From Selaginella moellendorffii (lineage: Eukaryota; Plantae; Lycopodiophyta), in assembly GCF_000143415.4 (NCBI RefSeq), contig NW_003314274.1, positions 1,250,356 to 1,314,355 of the forward strand: a DNA stretch of 64,000 nt. The letters are read 5' to 3'. Below the pieces are notes generated by a model. It had not been told where the DNA came from, made no database searches, and saw nothing but the letters and a program-made list of their open reading frames with translations. This document shows, one piece after another, positions 49,481 through 64,000 of this stretch. The position numbers and the translations under genes are program-made. Within the stretch, counting starts at the first letter, position 1. Each line of letters begins with the position of its first letter.

Positions 49481-51414
49481 AAATAATAATATTGTGTTGT
49501 AGTGTGAATCTATATTAATACAAATTTGAGATAGGTGATATTATAAATATTTTCTAGAAATTAAGTAATTTTATTAAAAAGATAATCAGATCTAAATATA
49601 ACTATATAGTACATAGAATAAATATAAATAAATACAAGATTATAATTAATAATATTAATTAAAAGTGCATTAATAAAGTATAATATTTTTAAATATTATA
49701 CTTTTGTTAAATTTAAATACATTTTAGATCACTAAAGTGCAATAAAAGACCATATTGTGATACCACATTTTAAATATAATAAAAATGACAATGTAGAAAT
49801 AAGAAGTAAAAAAAGANNNNNNNNNNNNNNNNNNNNNNNNNNNNNNNNNNNNNNNNNNNNNNNNNNNNNNNNNNNNNNNNNNNNNNNNNNNNNNNNNNNN
49901 NNNNNNNNNNNNNNNNNNNNNNNNNNNNNNNNNNNNNNNNNNNNNNNNNNNNNNNNNNNNNNNNNNNNNNNNNNNNNNNNNNNNNNNNNNNNNNNNNNNN
50001 NNNGATTTTAGAGATATTTACACTTTGAAAAATATTTTATTATTGAACTTAGAGAAAAAAATTCAATGATTATTTAAATATTACAAGATTAAAAACATTA
50101 GAAGTGGTTTTAGAATGCTAACCACTTGGGAAAATATTTTGATATTGCTACATTTTGCAATGGTGTAAGATATATATATAAAAAAGTCTTTATCATAATA
50201 TAATATTCAGTATCAGTGAATTGGTTGTTGTGGAAAAATAAATAATCTTTGGGATTAAACTTAATGTACTTATTTTTGTTTTTGTGATCTTGTTTTTAGT
50301 TATGCTTGTCAACATTTTCATAAAATTATATTACATTATTTTTTTCACCTATTTAAAGCTTGTATGAATACATATAAATGTTAGCATGAATGGAAAGTTA
50401 TGTTTTTTTTAACTATATTGAAGGATTTTTAATAAAAGATGGATTATTTGTTATAAGTATTATAACATTCAAGTCACAGAAATCACTGTGAATTTTGTTT
50501 ACTCAGTTATTAAATTTTCATTAAACCTTATACACATATGACATAGAAATAATACGCTAATATCAAATTTTATTTTATGGTGTCTTTCTTAGTTGTTATA
50601 TTTAAAGTTCACATTAGTAAAGATTTCTTTTGGCTATTACTTAAAGGTTTTATTGGCTTTAATAAATTTCACTTTTTCTCCTTTCAGAGCACTTTTATAT
50701 TTAAGTTTAATCAACTCCAAATCATAAAGAATTTTGCAATTTATTTTTTTATGAAATATATTATAGTCAATAGCTTTTGTTAAAAAGTATCTATCTTAAT
50801 AGTAGGAAAATGAGCCAGTACTGGAATGATATATAAATTATTAGTTCTATTGGAGAATATATATATATATATATCTTCATGTGTGAGAAATTGTGTGCGG
50901 AATCAGTACTCCCTCAGTCTTTGATATGTTGCTCTAGCCAGAAGGCATAGCTGCAGCGTTCCAGGAGCAACTCTCCGAGCGAGATCCGCTACACACGACT
51001 GGTGCATTGCTGTGGAAAGTGAAACGCTTGATTGTGTCAAAAAGAAGCTCATGCCCATGTGGCCTACTCAACTGCGTTCCAAGGTCACACTGATATTGGA
51101 CACGAATCCTTGGCCTGTTTACAGGGCCCTGCGAACCTAAAAAGGCGCTCAAAAAAAAAGCTGACTTTATCATCACACCTAGGTGGAGATGTAAAACAAT
51201 ACTTGGAAAATTACCTCGATCCCCTCTATATGAAGCGCTTTCACCATTTACTTGAGCTCCAGAGATGCAGCTATAGGTCAACCTCCGTTAGTGGCAAGCC
51301 GGCTCATCGGAGAGAAGAAGTTTATGGTTGAGTTGCCCCAAGCATTTACCTGTATAGAGAATGAGTTTATGGAAATCGCCCGTCGGTTCCTCAAGCTCAA
51401 CTCGTACTCGTGGC

Positions 51415-52240
51415 TCAACTCCTGTCAACAAAACCATTTAGCCTGTGGACAGTAAAAAGACAAAAAGCACCTTGTCGATAAAGCCAAGGCACCTTCCCCC
51501 AACACCAGAAGTGTAGCAGAGAGCCACATCGTGAAGGCTGGACCCATACCAGCACCGCATCAACAGAAGGAAGACGTACGTCCGACGGCTTGTAAAAACA
51601 GCCACTACTGGGGTGAAGCATCAACAGGGAGATTTCGGGATTCAAACAACCTCGCTGATCCCTCTTAGAGCCATCTCAAACGGAGTTTCTCTTCTTCCTT
51701 GCGTCTCAGCAAAGCTTCTTGTATTATTAGCAATACAATGCATCAATACAAAGATCTTCTTCCACATCACAAGTCTTAACTACTGGGAGAGAAACATCCA
51801 ATTGCAGTCTATGCACCATCAGTATGTTTACCTTTTGCTTCCCAAACCCAATCCTCCAAAACTTTTCATGTACCTTTGAATGATCATCCATCTTTAATTC
51901 AGACCATGGATAGACAGTAGCATTGCTGGTGCAACCCAAAAGCTTAATGGTGGGATTATTTTTTGCATTGCGGCAAGCCCAAGCTCATAAATTTGCATCA
52001 CATTCGTTCGATGATGGGCATATCTGCCACGTTGGTCACTGAATTGTAACCAAAGCTTGAACCAAAGTGCAATTTGCTGCCATTGACAATTCCAAAAGCC
52101 CAGATTGCTCTCTTAGCCAGTAGCTGCAACGTCCGGGGATTCGTCGTCAACCATGATGGTCCATGGGAGCTCCAAACCCATGTTCTCCAACTTCTTTTTG
52201 TAATCCCAAGAACCAGATTCGTGAGACATAGAAAAGACAT
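51415..52240 (-). pseudogene. Fragmented coding relic, possibly a Crinkler/RHS-type REase domain
   Basis: Three short minus-strand ORFs; FYKPSDVRLPSVDAV resembles Y.P...NFPS.DA. Confidence 0.3.
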
Positions 52241-54129
52241 CGTAACTACACCTTAAGCAGCAACTTTCAATGATCTGTTGGTATGTTCCTACACTCTACC
52301 GGAACTAAAAATGCAGTGAGAGCTTCACAGATCGCATGCTTGGCGTGTAAAACCCCTGAATTTTCTGCTTCCCTAACCAGAGTCTAAGCTTATGGCGATT
52401 TGCCTTTAGTAAATTCTCAATATTCTTTCTCCCTTTGATGAAAGAGTAGTCCAAGGTGCTTAAATGTTGGCAGCGTCAAGCTTCTGGAAAGCAAGGCAAG
52501 GACAAGCTGATTGCTCCTTCCCTATACTCCAGAGTTTTGATAAGTCAGACGATACACCAAGAAGCAGGCATTTTGTTCTACCTAGTGATCTAGACGCTAG
52601 TGAGAAGAAATGTCACAGGAGCGACAGACTTGGATAAAAGGAAGCTCGAATTTGTTTCATCAAGATCAAAGCGTCTTTCTAGAATTTCTGGATCAGGGAC
52701 GACACCGAATTAGATTGCCGGTGCGAATGGTAGAAAATCAGTGACTTCCAAGGAATCCAAGTCAAGTTCTCTGAGAAACAGTGCCAGACACAGGGAATTA
52801 AACTCTCCATGAAGCCCGAGAATCCTAGTTTGAGATTTACCGCTTAGTTGGACGAGTCCCCGAGCCGCCCGATCAGACAGGAAAGTGACAACGCAGTGAA
52901 TCTCCTCGCAAATATAAGGGCACGCAGCAGCAGCTGACTGTCGTCTGGAACAAAGCGGGAGACCCCTTTTTTNNNNNNNNNNNNNNNNNNNNNNNNNNNN
53001 NNNNNNNNNNNNNNNNNNNNNNNNNNNNNNNNNNNNNNNNNNNNNNNNNNNNNNNNNNNNNNNNNNNNNNNNGGCTTGGTGGACGAAATCCCCAGAGGAC
53101 AGTCCTTGAATTCCATAAAAAACACTGGGAAGCCTCGCTACGTCATATGTGGTATTATCTTCGTTGTTTTTCTTGGAAGAAAATTAAGCGAGGATATACG
53201 GTTTCTAGGATGTTGGATTATTGTTGTTCTTGGAGCAGAGATGTACGATTGCGTCTACCCAACGAGAACTGTTTGAGAAATGAAATAGAACATGTTTCTT
53301 GAATAGATTAAATTGCGGGTGTATTTATTCTGATCCATTTTTCTTACAGAATTCATATTTGGGAATCAGACAGATTCACTCCCATGTTCAAAACCATTTT
53401 TTTTTAAAGGCCAAAATGTCTCACGAGATTTGTTTGGCTATCATTATTTAATTTAAATATTTGTATTGATGTGATTATTAGAATATGCTCAGTTTTTATG
53501 AGTTTCTATTATTAAGTGTATTTATAAGAAGTATGAAAATGTTAAATGTAGTTTTAAGATCCCTTAATTATTATTAATATGACATTCTTTGTTTGATTCT
53601 TTTTAAGGTTTTTTGTTTGATCTAAGATCTTTATTAAACAGGCTTTATTTTTGTCTCCTAGACAAAAATGCAACAATGCTTGGTTTGCTTAATAGTAATT
53701 TATTATTCTAATTAATCAAATAGAAATTTATAATTATAAACATATCTATAATTTATAAAATAATATTAATCTTATATTAGATAGTAGAATAAACTAGAAT
53801 ATACAAAAAGTGTTTATAAATTATAGATTGATCTAAATGAATAACAACCAGTAAATGGTAGAATATCCTAAAATATTTATGCATATTTTAGGTATATTCA
53901 CTACCACCCACTTTGCTTAAGCAAACCAAAAAACTATATCAAAACCTTAGAAACATAACATAGTTAAAATTCTGTTTCTCATTCTACTTATGGTAAATAA
54001 CTAAGCTGAACTTGATTTCCATATAAGATGAAAATGCAATTGAAAACATTACTAGGAGGATTAACATTTAATTAAAAATTATAACATTATAATTAAAAGA
54101 CATGATCTTATATTTATATGAGTAGAACA

Positions 54130-54330
54130 CATAATTTGTAAATTGTTTTTTGAGCTTGTTATTTTGGGGACAGGAAGCCTGCAAAAGAATTTATCAATGC
54201 AGTTCATGAGCACTTTTGATGACCTTTGTAAAGTTGTGGAGAAGATGGCTTGCTACAGCAACCATTCTTTTGTCTAGCCATAGCAAAAGAGTGACAGGGA
54301 CCAGACGTATATCACAAAGTTTTCATATTT
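54130..54330 (+). pseudogene. Second copy of the MPP-alpha 3' exon fragment
   Basis: Homologous to 43880-44030 (ttttggggacaggaagcctgcaaaaga...). Confidence 0.7.
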
Positions 54331-54339
54331 CTATCAATT

Positions 54340-57300
54340 TAAAACCTTTCTTGCAGTTAAAAGAGTTTCTCTTCCTGAAAAAGTCTCTTCACGGTTTCAA
54401 GAAGTAAAGTTCCTTGGGCATGTGGTGGGCAAGGATGGGTTAAAGGTGGACTTGAGAAAATCCAAGCAATCTAAGAATGGGAACGACCATCGAATGTATA
54501 CGAGTTAAGGGCATTCTAAGGGCTACTATTGAAAGTTTATCAAACATTATTCGAGAGTAGCCTTGTTTTTAACGGATCAAATGGGAAAAGGGAAGATGGT
54601 ATAGACAGTGGAATGTGAGGCAACATTTGTTCACTTCAAAGGGAAATTAAGGAAGGCACTTATGTTAGCGTTACCAAACTTTGGTAAGAACTTTGAGGTA
54701 GAAATGGATGCTTTAGACTGCATTAGGTGTAGTGTTGAAACAAACAACCATCCAGTAGCATTCTTCTCGAAGAAGTTGGACAAGGCTCAATGGAAGTAGC
54801 CTGCCCATGAAAAGGAATTGTTCATGGTGGTTAAGGTGCTCAAGGAGTGGTGACACTACCTTGGGAAACACTTCAAAGTTTACACAAATAATGTGGCTAC
54901 GAAACACTTTTTGTTACAGCCCAACTTGAGAGGGAAATAGGGTTGGTGGGCCAATGCTTTGGCCAAGTTTGATTGCAAGATTCTGTATAAACTTGGGAAG
55001 AGTAACATTATGGCAGATGCTCTAAATCGAAAAGCGAGCTTGAAAGTGGCGATATCCAACATGATAGCAACCTTTTGGGATGATGTATGGACAGTGTATG
55101 AAAATGATGGNNNNNNNNNNNNNNNNNNNNNNNNNNNNNNNNNNNNNNNNNNNNNNNNNNNNNNNNNNNNNNNNNNNNNNNNNNNNNNNNNNNNNNNNNN
55201 NNNNNNNNNNTTTTGGAGAACTTTCCTAGAATAGTATCATACCAAGTTGAAATTCAATGTAGCTTATCACCATAAACAAGTATTGGGTATTAAGTCAAGT
55301 TTGATGGCATAACACTTCATGACAGACGGACAAATGGAAAGGGTGAATAGGCAGTTGGAGGATTATTTGCGATGTTATATCTCTGGAAACTAAACTGATT
55401 GGGTAAGTCATTTGGGACTTGTGGAAATGTGCTATAACAACTCACCACACTTGAGTATCGGGGTGAGTCTATGGGAAGCCATCAATGGGTGAGCTACTGA
55501 AGGTTCTATAGAACTTGGCGTGGCCAAATATCACTTAGTTTGCCTTTGTTGAGCCCATTCCAAAGAACCCCTCACTAGATTCCAAATGTTGTCTTTCTGC
55601 CATGAATGCTTCCATTGTAGGTAACTTTCCATGGGATTAGCCAAAAGCTGACCCAAAAGTAAAAATGCATGTATTCCTAAAATTGAATTAATCTTGAGTT
55701 CCTTAAGTAGGTTTGTGGGGCTTTACAAAATTGAGGCAAGAATTGGTAAGGTAGTTTACCACCTCTGACTTCTTCGAGAGATGGGGAAGATGCACCATGT
55801 GTTCTATGTGAACTTATGCAAGCCATACTTTGAGGAGCAACTTTGCAAGGACCAAGTAAGACCTTTACCTAAAGTTATCTAAGGGGAAGAGGAATACGAA
55901 GTCGATGCTATCCTCAATACGTGTAACAGCAAGCAACAAGGACGCAAGGTGAGGGAGTTCTATATAAAGTGGAAAGGATATCTATACTGTGAAGCAACAT
56001 GGGAACCGAAGGAGAACCTAGCGAACTTGTGGGATCTAGTGGAGGAATTTTTGCAAAATAGAACTCTATATACTTATGCAAAGTTCAATTAAAGAATCTA
56101 TTTTGAGAAATTGGGCAATGTCGTATGTTGGGATTCGAAGGTATGTCGAAGGTAAGCTAATTAGCATGGGTTAGCTAGGTTGACCAGGCATAGGGAACTA
56201 TATCCAACTCCCTGTAGGGATGTCGAATCTGTAGACACATTTTACGGAGGTTGGGTTCGAATCCCAACCCTTTAGTAAAACAAGGCTAGGTTCAAGTCCC
56301 AACCCCATACTAGGGCGTGGTGAGGGGAGGGGTATAGGAACACTTATATTCCGTTGTCATGGGCTCTTGGTTGGGGAGGCTAACTTAGGCACACCACTAA
56401 GTGGGGGGATGCCCCCAAAGATATGGTCAACAAGTTGTAGGATTAAAAAGAGACATTTAATGTAGGTATCAAACTTCTTTTATGGGTGGTGGAGTTGTAA
56501 GGAACCAACTCCCCAAGGTGTAAAAAGCTAAAGGATCCCTAAAAGCACGACCAAAATGATAAAGAGTTTATCAGATGAGACCGAGTCTGAGATTGAGTTC
56601 GAGACTGACTCTAAGACCAAGTTCGAAACCGAGTCCAAGATCAAGTCTGAGACCGACTCCGAGACTGAGTTTGAGACCGAGTCCGAGATTGAGTTCAAGA
56701 CCGAGTTCGAGATTCGAGATTGGGTCCGAGACTGAGTCTGAGATCGAGTCTGAGGTCAGGTCCGAGATCGAGTCTAAGATTGAATTCGAGACCGAGTCCA
56801 AGGTTGAGTCCGGGATCAAGTCCGAGATGAAGTCCAAGACTGAGTCTGAATACTAATACAGGTTGTGGGGTGAAAGCCCAAAGCATGTGTGTCCCAAGGG
56901 GGGGGGGGGGGGGGGGGGGGCTTTAGGGGGTTCCCAAAGTTTTGTAAGGGTTGGGAGGTCTAAGAACCAGTCTTGAAGGAACTCTCCAGTGATGCTTCCA
57001 AATTGACTAGGGCTGAGGGACCTTGGGTGGGAGTGAGTATGGGCTTGAGTGGTGCCAAAGGGGCCACCCAAGGAAGTGCTCAAGAGCAGCTCCCATTCCC
57101 GGAAGGGAAACCAACTATGGTGCTCCCGGCTCATGTGTAGTGGTGCCCCACTTGAGTACCTTGCGGCTCATTAGTCCTTGCCCTTTCTAGGGGCTTGGGC
57201 CTTCCCTTTGGGATGGAAGTGGGGGGATAGAGGTACCCATATTGAGCCATTAGGCCACGGTGTTTCCCCTCAGTGTCTTGAAGCAAGTGTGGCATCCAAA

Positions 57301-57618
57301 GTTTGAGTTTTAGAGGGTCCTATGATCAAGTCTTGTTGTACCAAGGGATGCTAGGAACTTGGAGGCTTGGTATGTTTGGAGGGAGTGTAGCTAAACCTTA
57401 AGTCTAATTTAACTCGGGGAAGGGGATTGCGAGAGATTTGGGAATCCGTGGACAGATAGCTAATGCTCCATTGCTCATGTAGTGAGTAGCTAAAACCAAG
57501 TAGGACCAAGTAAGAGCTAGTATAATAGGTGGGAACCTTGACGAGGGAATTTAACTAAGGCCAAGGCAGTGTTAGTCAAATAGGTGAGGTAAGCTGGTAA
57601 ATTGAAAAGGAAAAATTT
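54340..57618 (+). mobile_element. Older, truncated and decayed copy of the 22629-30157 chromovirus family (pol 3' half and 3' LTR from 56496)
   Basis: Colinear homology through RT, RH, INT, chromodomain, PPT atgggtggtggagt and the hexamer-array LTR; many C>T/G>A stops. Confidence 0.88.
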
Positions 57619-57758
57619 AGTAAATGGACTAGAGAAAACTTAACCCATACTCCTTTAGTTCACCTAAACCTTTTTTGTAGCCTCGTCCTCTTTGTCCTAT
57701 TGAGGTTCTTGGCCATGATCTTCTTGGCCTAAACTCACATATGGTTTTGTAACATCTG

Positions 57759-58355
57759 TTTAAGCAACTAAAGGGAATGACTCGAAATACAATTCATAGA
57801 GGTTCAAATATAAAGGGAAAGGGCTTATAAATAAAAGTACACCTTCTTTTTCAATTAGTTAATGGTTTTGGAATATTCGGGGTTAAACATTTATGAGTTT
57901 GAATAGTATTGGGTTGAATGACCTCTTAGGAAGTCTAAATTCAAAAGTTTATATTTGGTATTAAAAGGGTCTTGGGTTTAACTCTGTTGGTTAATTTAGG
58001 GGAATCACACCACATGTTGATTGACATTTAGCAGATCCAATTTGCTCCCACCGAACTCGACTTGAGGGGTAGGGTGTTAAGAGAGTGGGGCTCTCAGAAG
58101 AGCTACAGCTCTTAACTTCCATTCATGAGGGCGTGAACTTGCAAGAAAGTGTGTGGATTGTAAGCAACCAAAGATAACAACTCGAAAAATGATCTATAAA
58201 GGTTCAAATATAGAGAGAAAGGGCCTATGAACAAAAGTACACCTTTTTTTTCTAATTGGTTAAGGGTCTTAGGATATTTGGGGTTAAGTGTCCTTGGGTT
58301 TAAATAGGTATTGGGTTAAGTAACCTCCTAGGAAGTCTAAATTTAAGAGCTTACA
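57759..58355 (+). mobile_element. Cassandra TRIM, decayed full copy
   Basis: Two LTRs plus internal region homologous to 4694-5278; TSD ATCTG (57754-57758 / 58356-58360). Confidence 0.88.
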
Positions 58356-58360
58356 ATCTG

Positions 58361-61300
58361 TAGGCACATAATATGTTGGACTTTGTGGCCTAAATTCTGG
58401 AATTTCTTCCATAACTTCTACATCTATCGTTTGCCTAATATTGTTCATTTGTGCACTTGTCTCTTTTCTGATGCTTGGAGAGATTTGAAGTTGTCTCTGT
58501 AGACATAGACGAGTCATGACTCTATTCCTAATCTGATGTGGTGTCTTATTACCGTATTTGCTGCATCAAGCTTTTCCATAGCATAGTCAGCCATTGCATT
58601 TCTGCGGATAAATCTTAGAGGTCTTGCAGCTTGGATTCTTAAATCTAGGTGGAGTCTCTTTTTTAGGGGAGAATTTTCCTTCCTTGAATCTGTATCATTG
58701 AGATTCTCCTCCTTATCCACATCCCTCGTTTTCTCCCTCAAAGGAGATATTAGAGGTGGTGGCTCAATGGCAAGGAGAGGTGTGGGATTCTCCTAAGTTG
58801 TGTAATGCTTGTAGATGCATCACAAAAAGATGGAAGACTCATGTATTCATTTGCCTTCCTTTGTTTATTTGTAAAGCAACATTCTTCATTTCGACCACAA
58901 ATCCATTATAGGTGAAATAAGATATGTTTATTTGCTATCCAATCTTGATAGCTTCCAATATACAAGCTATCTTGATGCTTGCATTTTACACAACCATCCT
59001 CCTGTCAATAATAGCACATAACACTTTAAGCTTAGCATGATAGTTGGGCTTTAAGTAAGTGAAGTTACTTTCTCATCCAGGTGTGTAGTTAGAGAGGATG
59101 TATTGATCAGGCATGTGATCCTTCTTGCTCATCGTGATTATTTCACCCTCAATTGTCCACCTGCAGAAAAGAACAATATACTTATTTGGGTACCATTTCT
59201 ACATAAGCTTGATCTCTTGCTCGATTAATATTTCTCTTTTGAACAGCTCCGCATAGGTGAGTAACCCAAAGGCATTAAGCTTAAATTTGTCATAAGGAGA
59301 AAGCATAAACTCCCTAGACAACTTTACTTGGCCATAATCTAACTCCTCGTTGTTGGATAAGATTTCCTCCATATACTCATCTTGCCTAAGCATTTTTGCC
59401 ATCCATGGAGATTTGTAGGCAAAACACTTGGTATTAAGTGATTGAGAGACGTAGTGCGGTGCCAACAGAGGTGCCCAAGACAAGTGTGGTGCCAAGAGAG
59501 GTGCCCATCTTGCATTGACAATGCAAAAGTGTGGCGGTGGCGTGAGGACAAAATCACTCTGCCTAGACAAAATCACTCATGAGGACAAAATTTCTATAGG
59601 CCATACCAGCAAGATTTTGAGGGAAAACATGCTCCAGAGAAAAAAATATCTGTCTAATGTATCTCTTGATTTCTTTCCTTAGAACTTCTCTGTCAAAGAA
59701 AGCACTCAGATATATGAGGGTTTCTCTAGCATAAAGATGAATCTTTCCTAAAGAATATATTTTTTCCCTTAATTCTAGGTGAATAGATCTTTGTCTAAGC
59801 TTATCAAGAAAGACTACTCCTTCTATTCAATTCCACTAATCTAACTCCATGGAGAGATAGAAAAGCTTGGAAATAAGATCCTGAGTGATCTTAATATCCC
59901 CTCTATTCATTTTGAAAGCCAGTTTTACAAAATCATATAATTGAAAAGCTAATTTGCCTTCTTGTGGTTCTATAAAAATTAATATTGCTTTGTAGAATTT
60001 TTCTAAACTTTTATCCTTCATCCAGTTGGCCACCTTCTCTATACACTTAGATAGCTCATTATGATGAATCCTTGTGAGGGCTTCATTTAAGAGCTTATTC
60101 ATAGTTTTGTATATTAAAATATAGATAATATTTATGCTTATATCTTCATGGTACTTAAACAGTTTAAATTTACTATTGCAGTATCGTCCCTGTTTAAGGT
60201 GTGCACTTTAGTTGTTCCTGGAGCTGATATCTTAGACAAAATAAATAGACCATTCCATTTTCTCTTGAATTTATTTCCAAGAGCATTTATTTGCTTTAAT
60301 ACCAAAGGACCTTATCTCTTGGTTTAAGCTCATAAGAGATTTTCAATTGTTTGTCATGCTTAGCTTTTTTTGCTTTTTGAATTGCATGCAAGGTCTAGAT
60401 TGCTCTAAGCTTAAGCTCATTTAAATTTTCTATTTTGGCAAGTCTTTGCTTAAGAGCTTTTTATTTGTCTAAGCCAATTTTTATTGTAATACACAAAGAG
60501 GGAATTATAAACTCTATAGGAATTAAAGCTTCCTAGCCATAAGTAAAACGAAATAGTGTCATGCTTATAGATACTTTATATGCAATCTTATAAGCTCACA
60601 AAGCATCTAAAATTTTCTCTTCCTAGTCTTTTTGATTATCCTTAACAATCTTTTTCAAGATATTTTTAAACACTTTATCAGTAGATTCAGCTTAATTAAG
60701 GTAATATGGCATGGACATTTTGTGCTTAAGGATGAATTCTTGTATAAGAATTTCTATTATTTCATTGATGAAATGGATGCCTCTATTTGTGATAATCTCT
60801 TTAAGTAAACTAAATTTTACAATGATGTTTTTATAGAGAAATTTGGCAGTGTTAACAGTTGAGGCATGTTTTATAGGCATAATTTCTACCCATTTAGTCA
60901 TATAATCAGTGGCAACCAAAATGAATTTGTTCCTCTTACTATTTATCACCATAGGACCAACAAAATTTAATCCCCATTTATGAAATATTTTATATGAATA
61001 GGTAGGATTTAATTCATGGATTTACTTTTTAGGTGATAGTTTATGCCTTTGGCAAATGTCACAATTTTTGCAAAAAGTTGTTGTATCTTTCTAAACGTAA
61101 GCCATTACAACCCTTTAATAGTGATTTCATTTGCAAAATAACCTTTTGATAGGCTTAAATGAGCTTCCCTTAAGCTTTTTATTCTTTTCTTTCTACCTAT
61201 TAACACATCTTCTTAGTGTTCCATCGATGTCTAATTTATATAAGTGCTCCCCCACAATAGAGTAAGGTTGTATCCTTAAGACAATTTTTTTTTTCTTTGG

Positions 61301-64000
61301 TGAGTTATAATGGGGTGGAATTATGCGTATAAAAAGATAGATTTGTATTTTTTCAACCAAATGGTGGGCACAAAGATTGCAAATAAGTGAGCAACTAGGA
61401 GTTTATTTACTTTAATATTATGTGACTCTTTTGTAGTGATGCAGCTTAGGTGATAGAATTTTTCAGGTCTATGTATTATTTCAAAATTATATTCTTGTAA
61501 TAGTAAAAACTATTTAGTTAGTCAGGTAAATATGCACAACTTATTAATGAGATATAAAAGAGCCTTATGGTTAGCAAAGATAATTATTTTTGTTGCCAAA
61601 AGATAATGCCTAAATTTTTCTAAAATATAAATTACATATAAGGCTTCTTTGAGTATTGAATAAAGATCAACTTTAGAAATTTACTCAATTTCAGGGAAAG
61701 TTTTAAGATTTGTTGTTCTTGGAAATCATCTAAACCTTCCTCCCAATCATAACATTGAGTTTTGAAGGGTTAATCTTTCCTTTTCAATTATATAGTGGAC
61801 GTAATGGGCACAGATATTTTCTAGTTGCCTTGCTTTATAAACAAAAATCATATTTTTAGTCTTGGTTTGTGCAAGCAATTTTTAGCCAATGTTTGCCTAA
61901 CATGACTTAATTAAACTTGTACTTTAGACCAACCACATTGGTTAAGATATTTCTAATAATTCCAATGGGCTTGACACTTTGGTCATTAGCCATTCGTAAA
62001 TTAAATAGTGCTGATTCTTTGTAAATACTCTCTTCTAGAATATTTTTGTTTGAGTCACTATTGATGAGAGTTCAAAATAATAGATTCTTGCCAATCTTTA
62101 TATCATATATAGAAACTTCATCATCATAATCTTCTGGCTCTTTCCTTCTTAAATGAAAGCTCTCTAAGCAATACAACTCTTAACGTAAGATGCTATAGTG
62201 AGAAGTTGGTTTAGAGTGAGTTAATTCTGGTATTTAAAATGCCTTCCACCACCTTCTTCTCATTCTTGCCATCTTGTTTTAGTACAAGATTTTGTTTTTG
62301 CACTAGTGGTAAATTTATATTAACTTGTAAAGGCGTGAAACTCTCTATGTTAGTATCATTATTCTCTAAATCAACTTATAGTTGCAAGTCTTGGAGTTGT
62401 TGAGTGATTTTTAAGTTGATTTTGGCGCTATTAAGAGTTAAGAATGATTTTTACTTCATCATCACTCTTTTCATCTTGGCTTTCAGATTCAACCTTCTTT
62501 GTTGAGCTTTAGTCATAATACAAATACTAGGTACCTTTTCTGTATTTGACCTCAATGTGCTTAGGCTTATCATCTTTGTTTGATGATTCAACTTAATTGC
62601 ATGGCCTAGAATAGTGAATAGGAGTCTTAACTTGATCATATTTTTTTGGCCATTTATATTCTCTAGGCGTATTGTACTCTCTTGATTGATTTTATTCTCT
62701 AGGCCAATTATAGTCTTTAGGCCTAATTTCCTCATAGCTAAGTGGATAAATGTGAAAATTACCCCTAAATAGTTATTCTTGATGGTCATCTTGCCTTTTA
62801 GCATGTAAGTATTCACGTTTGGCACTTATTCCTCTTATAATAATTTCTATTGTTAAATGGATACCTTTGATTATATGTAATTTTATCAATTTGGGCTGTT
62901 TGTTAGCTTCCTGGTTGTTTAAATAAACTTTTACACTCCTTAACTTAATGTCCCTTTTTTTCACAAAATTGGCATTTGATTAGCTGGAGTTTACATTTTT
63001 CTTTGCTATGGCCTTCATTTTTGCATTTAGTACACCAAATCTCTTATTTGAAACTAATTTGCAATTTAAAGTTCCTTAGACGACTAGTTTCTTTGTCTAT
63101 AGGAGTCATCTTTTTATTTGACTTGACCATATCTACCATATTATATTAGTTTATGAGATCTTGATAGGCAATTATGGCTTTTTTCAAGTCATCAAATCTT
63201 ACATAAACTCTCTTTTTATCGCATGTTCATGATAAATTTTCTCAAGGCTCTATATGTATAGGTGTAGGCATATTTTTTTTGACACTAAGTCTTTATAATG
63301 TTTATAACACTTGTTGAATTGAGTTGTGTATTCCTCGATTGTCTCAAATTTTCTCTTATGAAGTTTTTATAGTTGATCATAGTTTTCTCCTGGATTTTTT
63401 TCCATGGAGAAAACTTTAAAGAAAAACTTTGTCTGCTTATCAAATATGCCAAGATTTATTACATTATTATCATAGTACAATTGTATATTGAGCAATACAC
63501 ATAAGCAATTAAGCTCAATCAAGCAGATAGGCAAGAAAAGAATTTTTTTCCCTTATACACTCAAAAATAAAGCCAAAGACTGGGCATTTTCTATCAAATT
63601 ACAATGAGCATAATGGCAATTGCAAAAATAATAATAGACACTATCATCACATATGCATCCTTTTCTGGAATTAAAGGAAATGACCCATTTTACAACTAGT
63701 ATATGCAAAATAGGTGTTTGATTCATAAAGGAATCTAAATCATTGTTAAAGGGTAAAGGCTGTAAATTTAGCTCTTCTTCCTTTTGTAGGGAATTACTTT
63801 AATTATTTTGTGTTCCACTACTCTCGGCTAAAACAGTGGTTTTTTCTGTGTGCTGATACTACCAAGGAGGAATAATATATCTGATTTTTGATTTTCTTTT
63901 TGTTGGAGGTGTACTCAATATGCTTTCAGCTTTCTCTTTTTTCAAGATTTTTCTCTAGCTTGATTGAAGCAATGATTTAGTTTGTTTTGAAAGAAGGGTA
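58361..64000 (-). pseudogene. Heavily decayed Athila/Selgy-like Gypsy (gag, partial pol, integrase, 3' extra ORFs)
   Basis: KFILVATDYMTKWVE...RGIHFINE integrase (60692-60952) is homologous to 11400-11650; RNase H and gag relics lie upstream and ORF relics at 58514-60102 downstream. Confidence 0.75.

Noticed and set aside
49757-55234. ORFs containing X runs
   Set aside because: Artefacts of assembly gaps.

Overview
Eukaryotic, repeat-dense plant DNA. About 50-nt GT-AG introns, PLS-type PPR relics and scaffold gaps suggest a lycophyte such as Selaginella (inference). Most of the window is nested transposable elements: old C>T-decayed Gypsy elements, four 5S-rRNA-carrying Cassandra TRIM copies, a 10.3-kb Athila/Selgy-like Gypsy with extra ORFs, Helitron relics and host-gene fragments (MPP-alpha, PPR). 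The standout is a ~20-kb DNA transposon at 20630-40616 (12.45 kb without its nested retroelement). It has 27-bp TIRs and a 4-bp TSD, and it splits a Cassandra element. It carries two divergent genes. One is a disabled Sola-like DDD transposase. The other is an apparently intact 10-exon, ~1,629-aa protein that fuses a ParB/Srx-like domain, a degenerate N6/N4-DNA-methylase-like domain and an FCP1/NIF HAD-phosphatase-like domain. The element is studded with over 20 copies of a 22-bp palindrome, ATGGCRTG-N6-CAYGCCAT, found in introns, exons, the promoter region and the termini, and seen nowhere else in the window. This is a candidate parS-like or VANC-like self-recognition system. A very young chromovirus nested in the transposase has two spliceosomal introns inside its integrase, and an independent older copy retains both. 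All domain calls come from motif recognition by eye; no searches were run.
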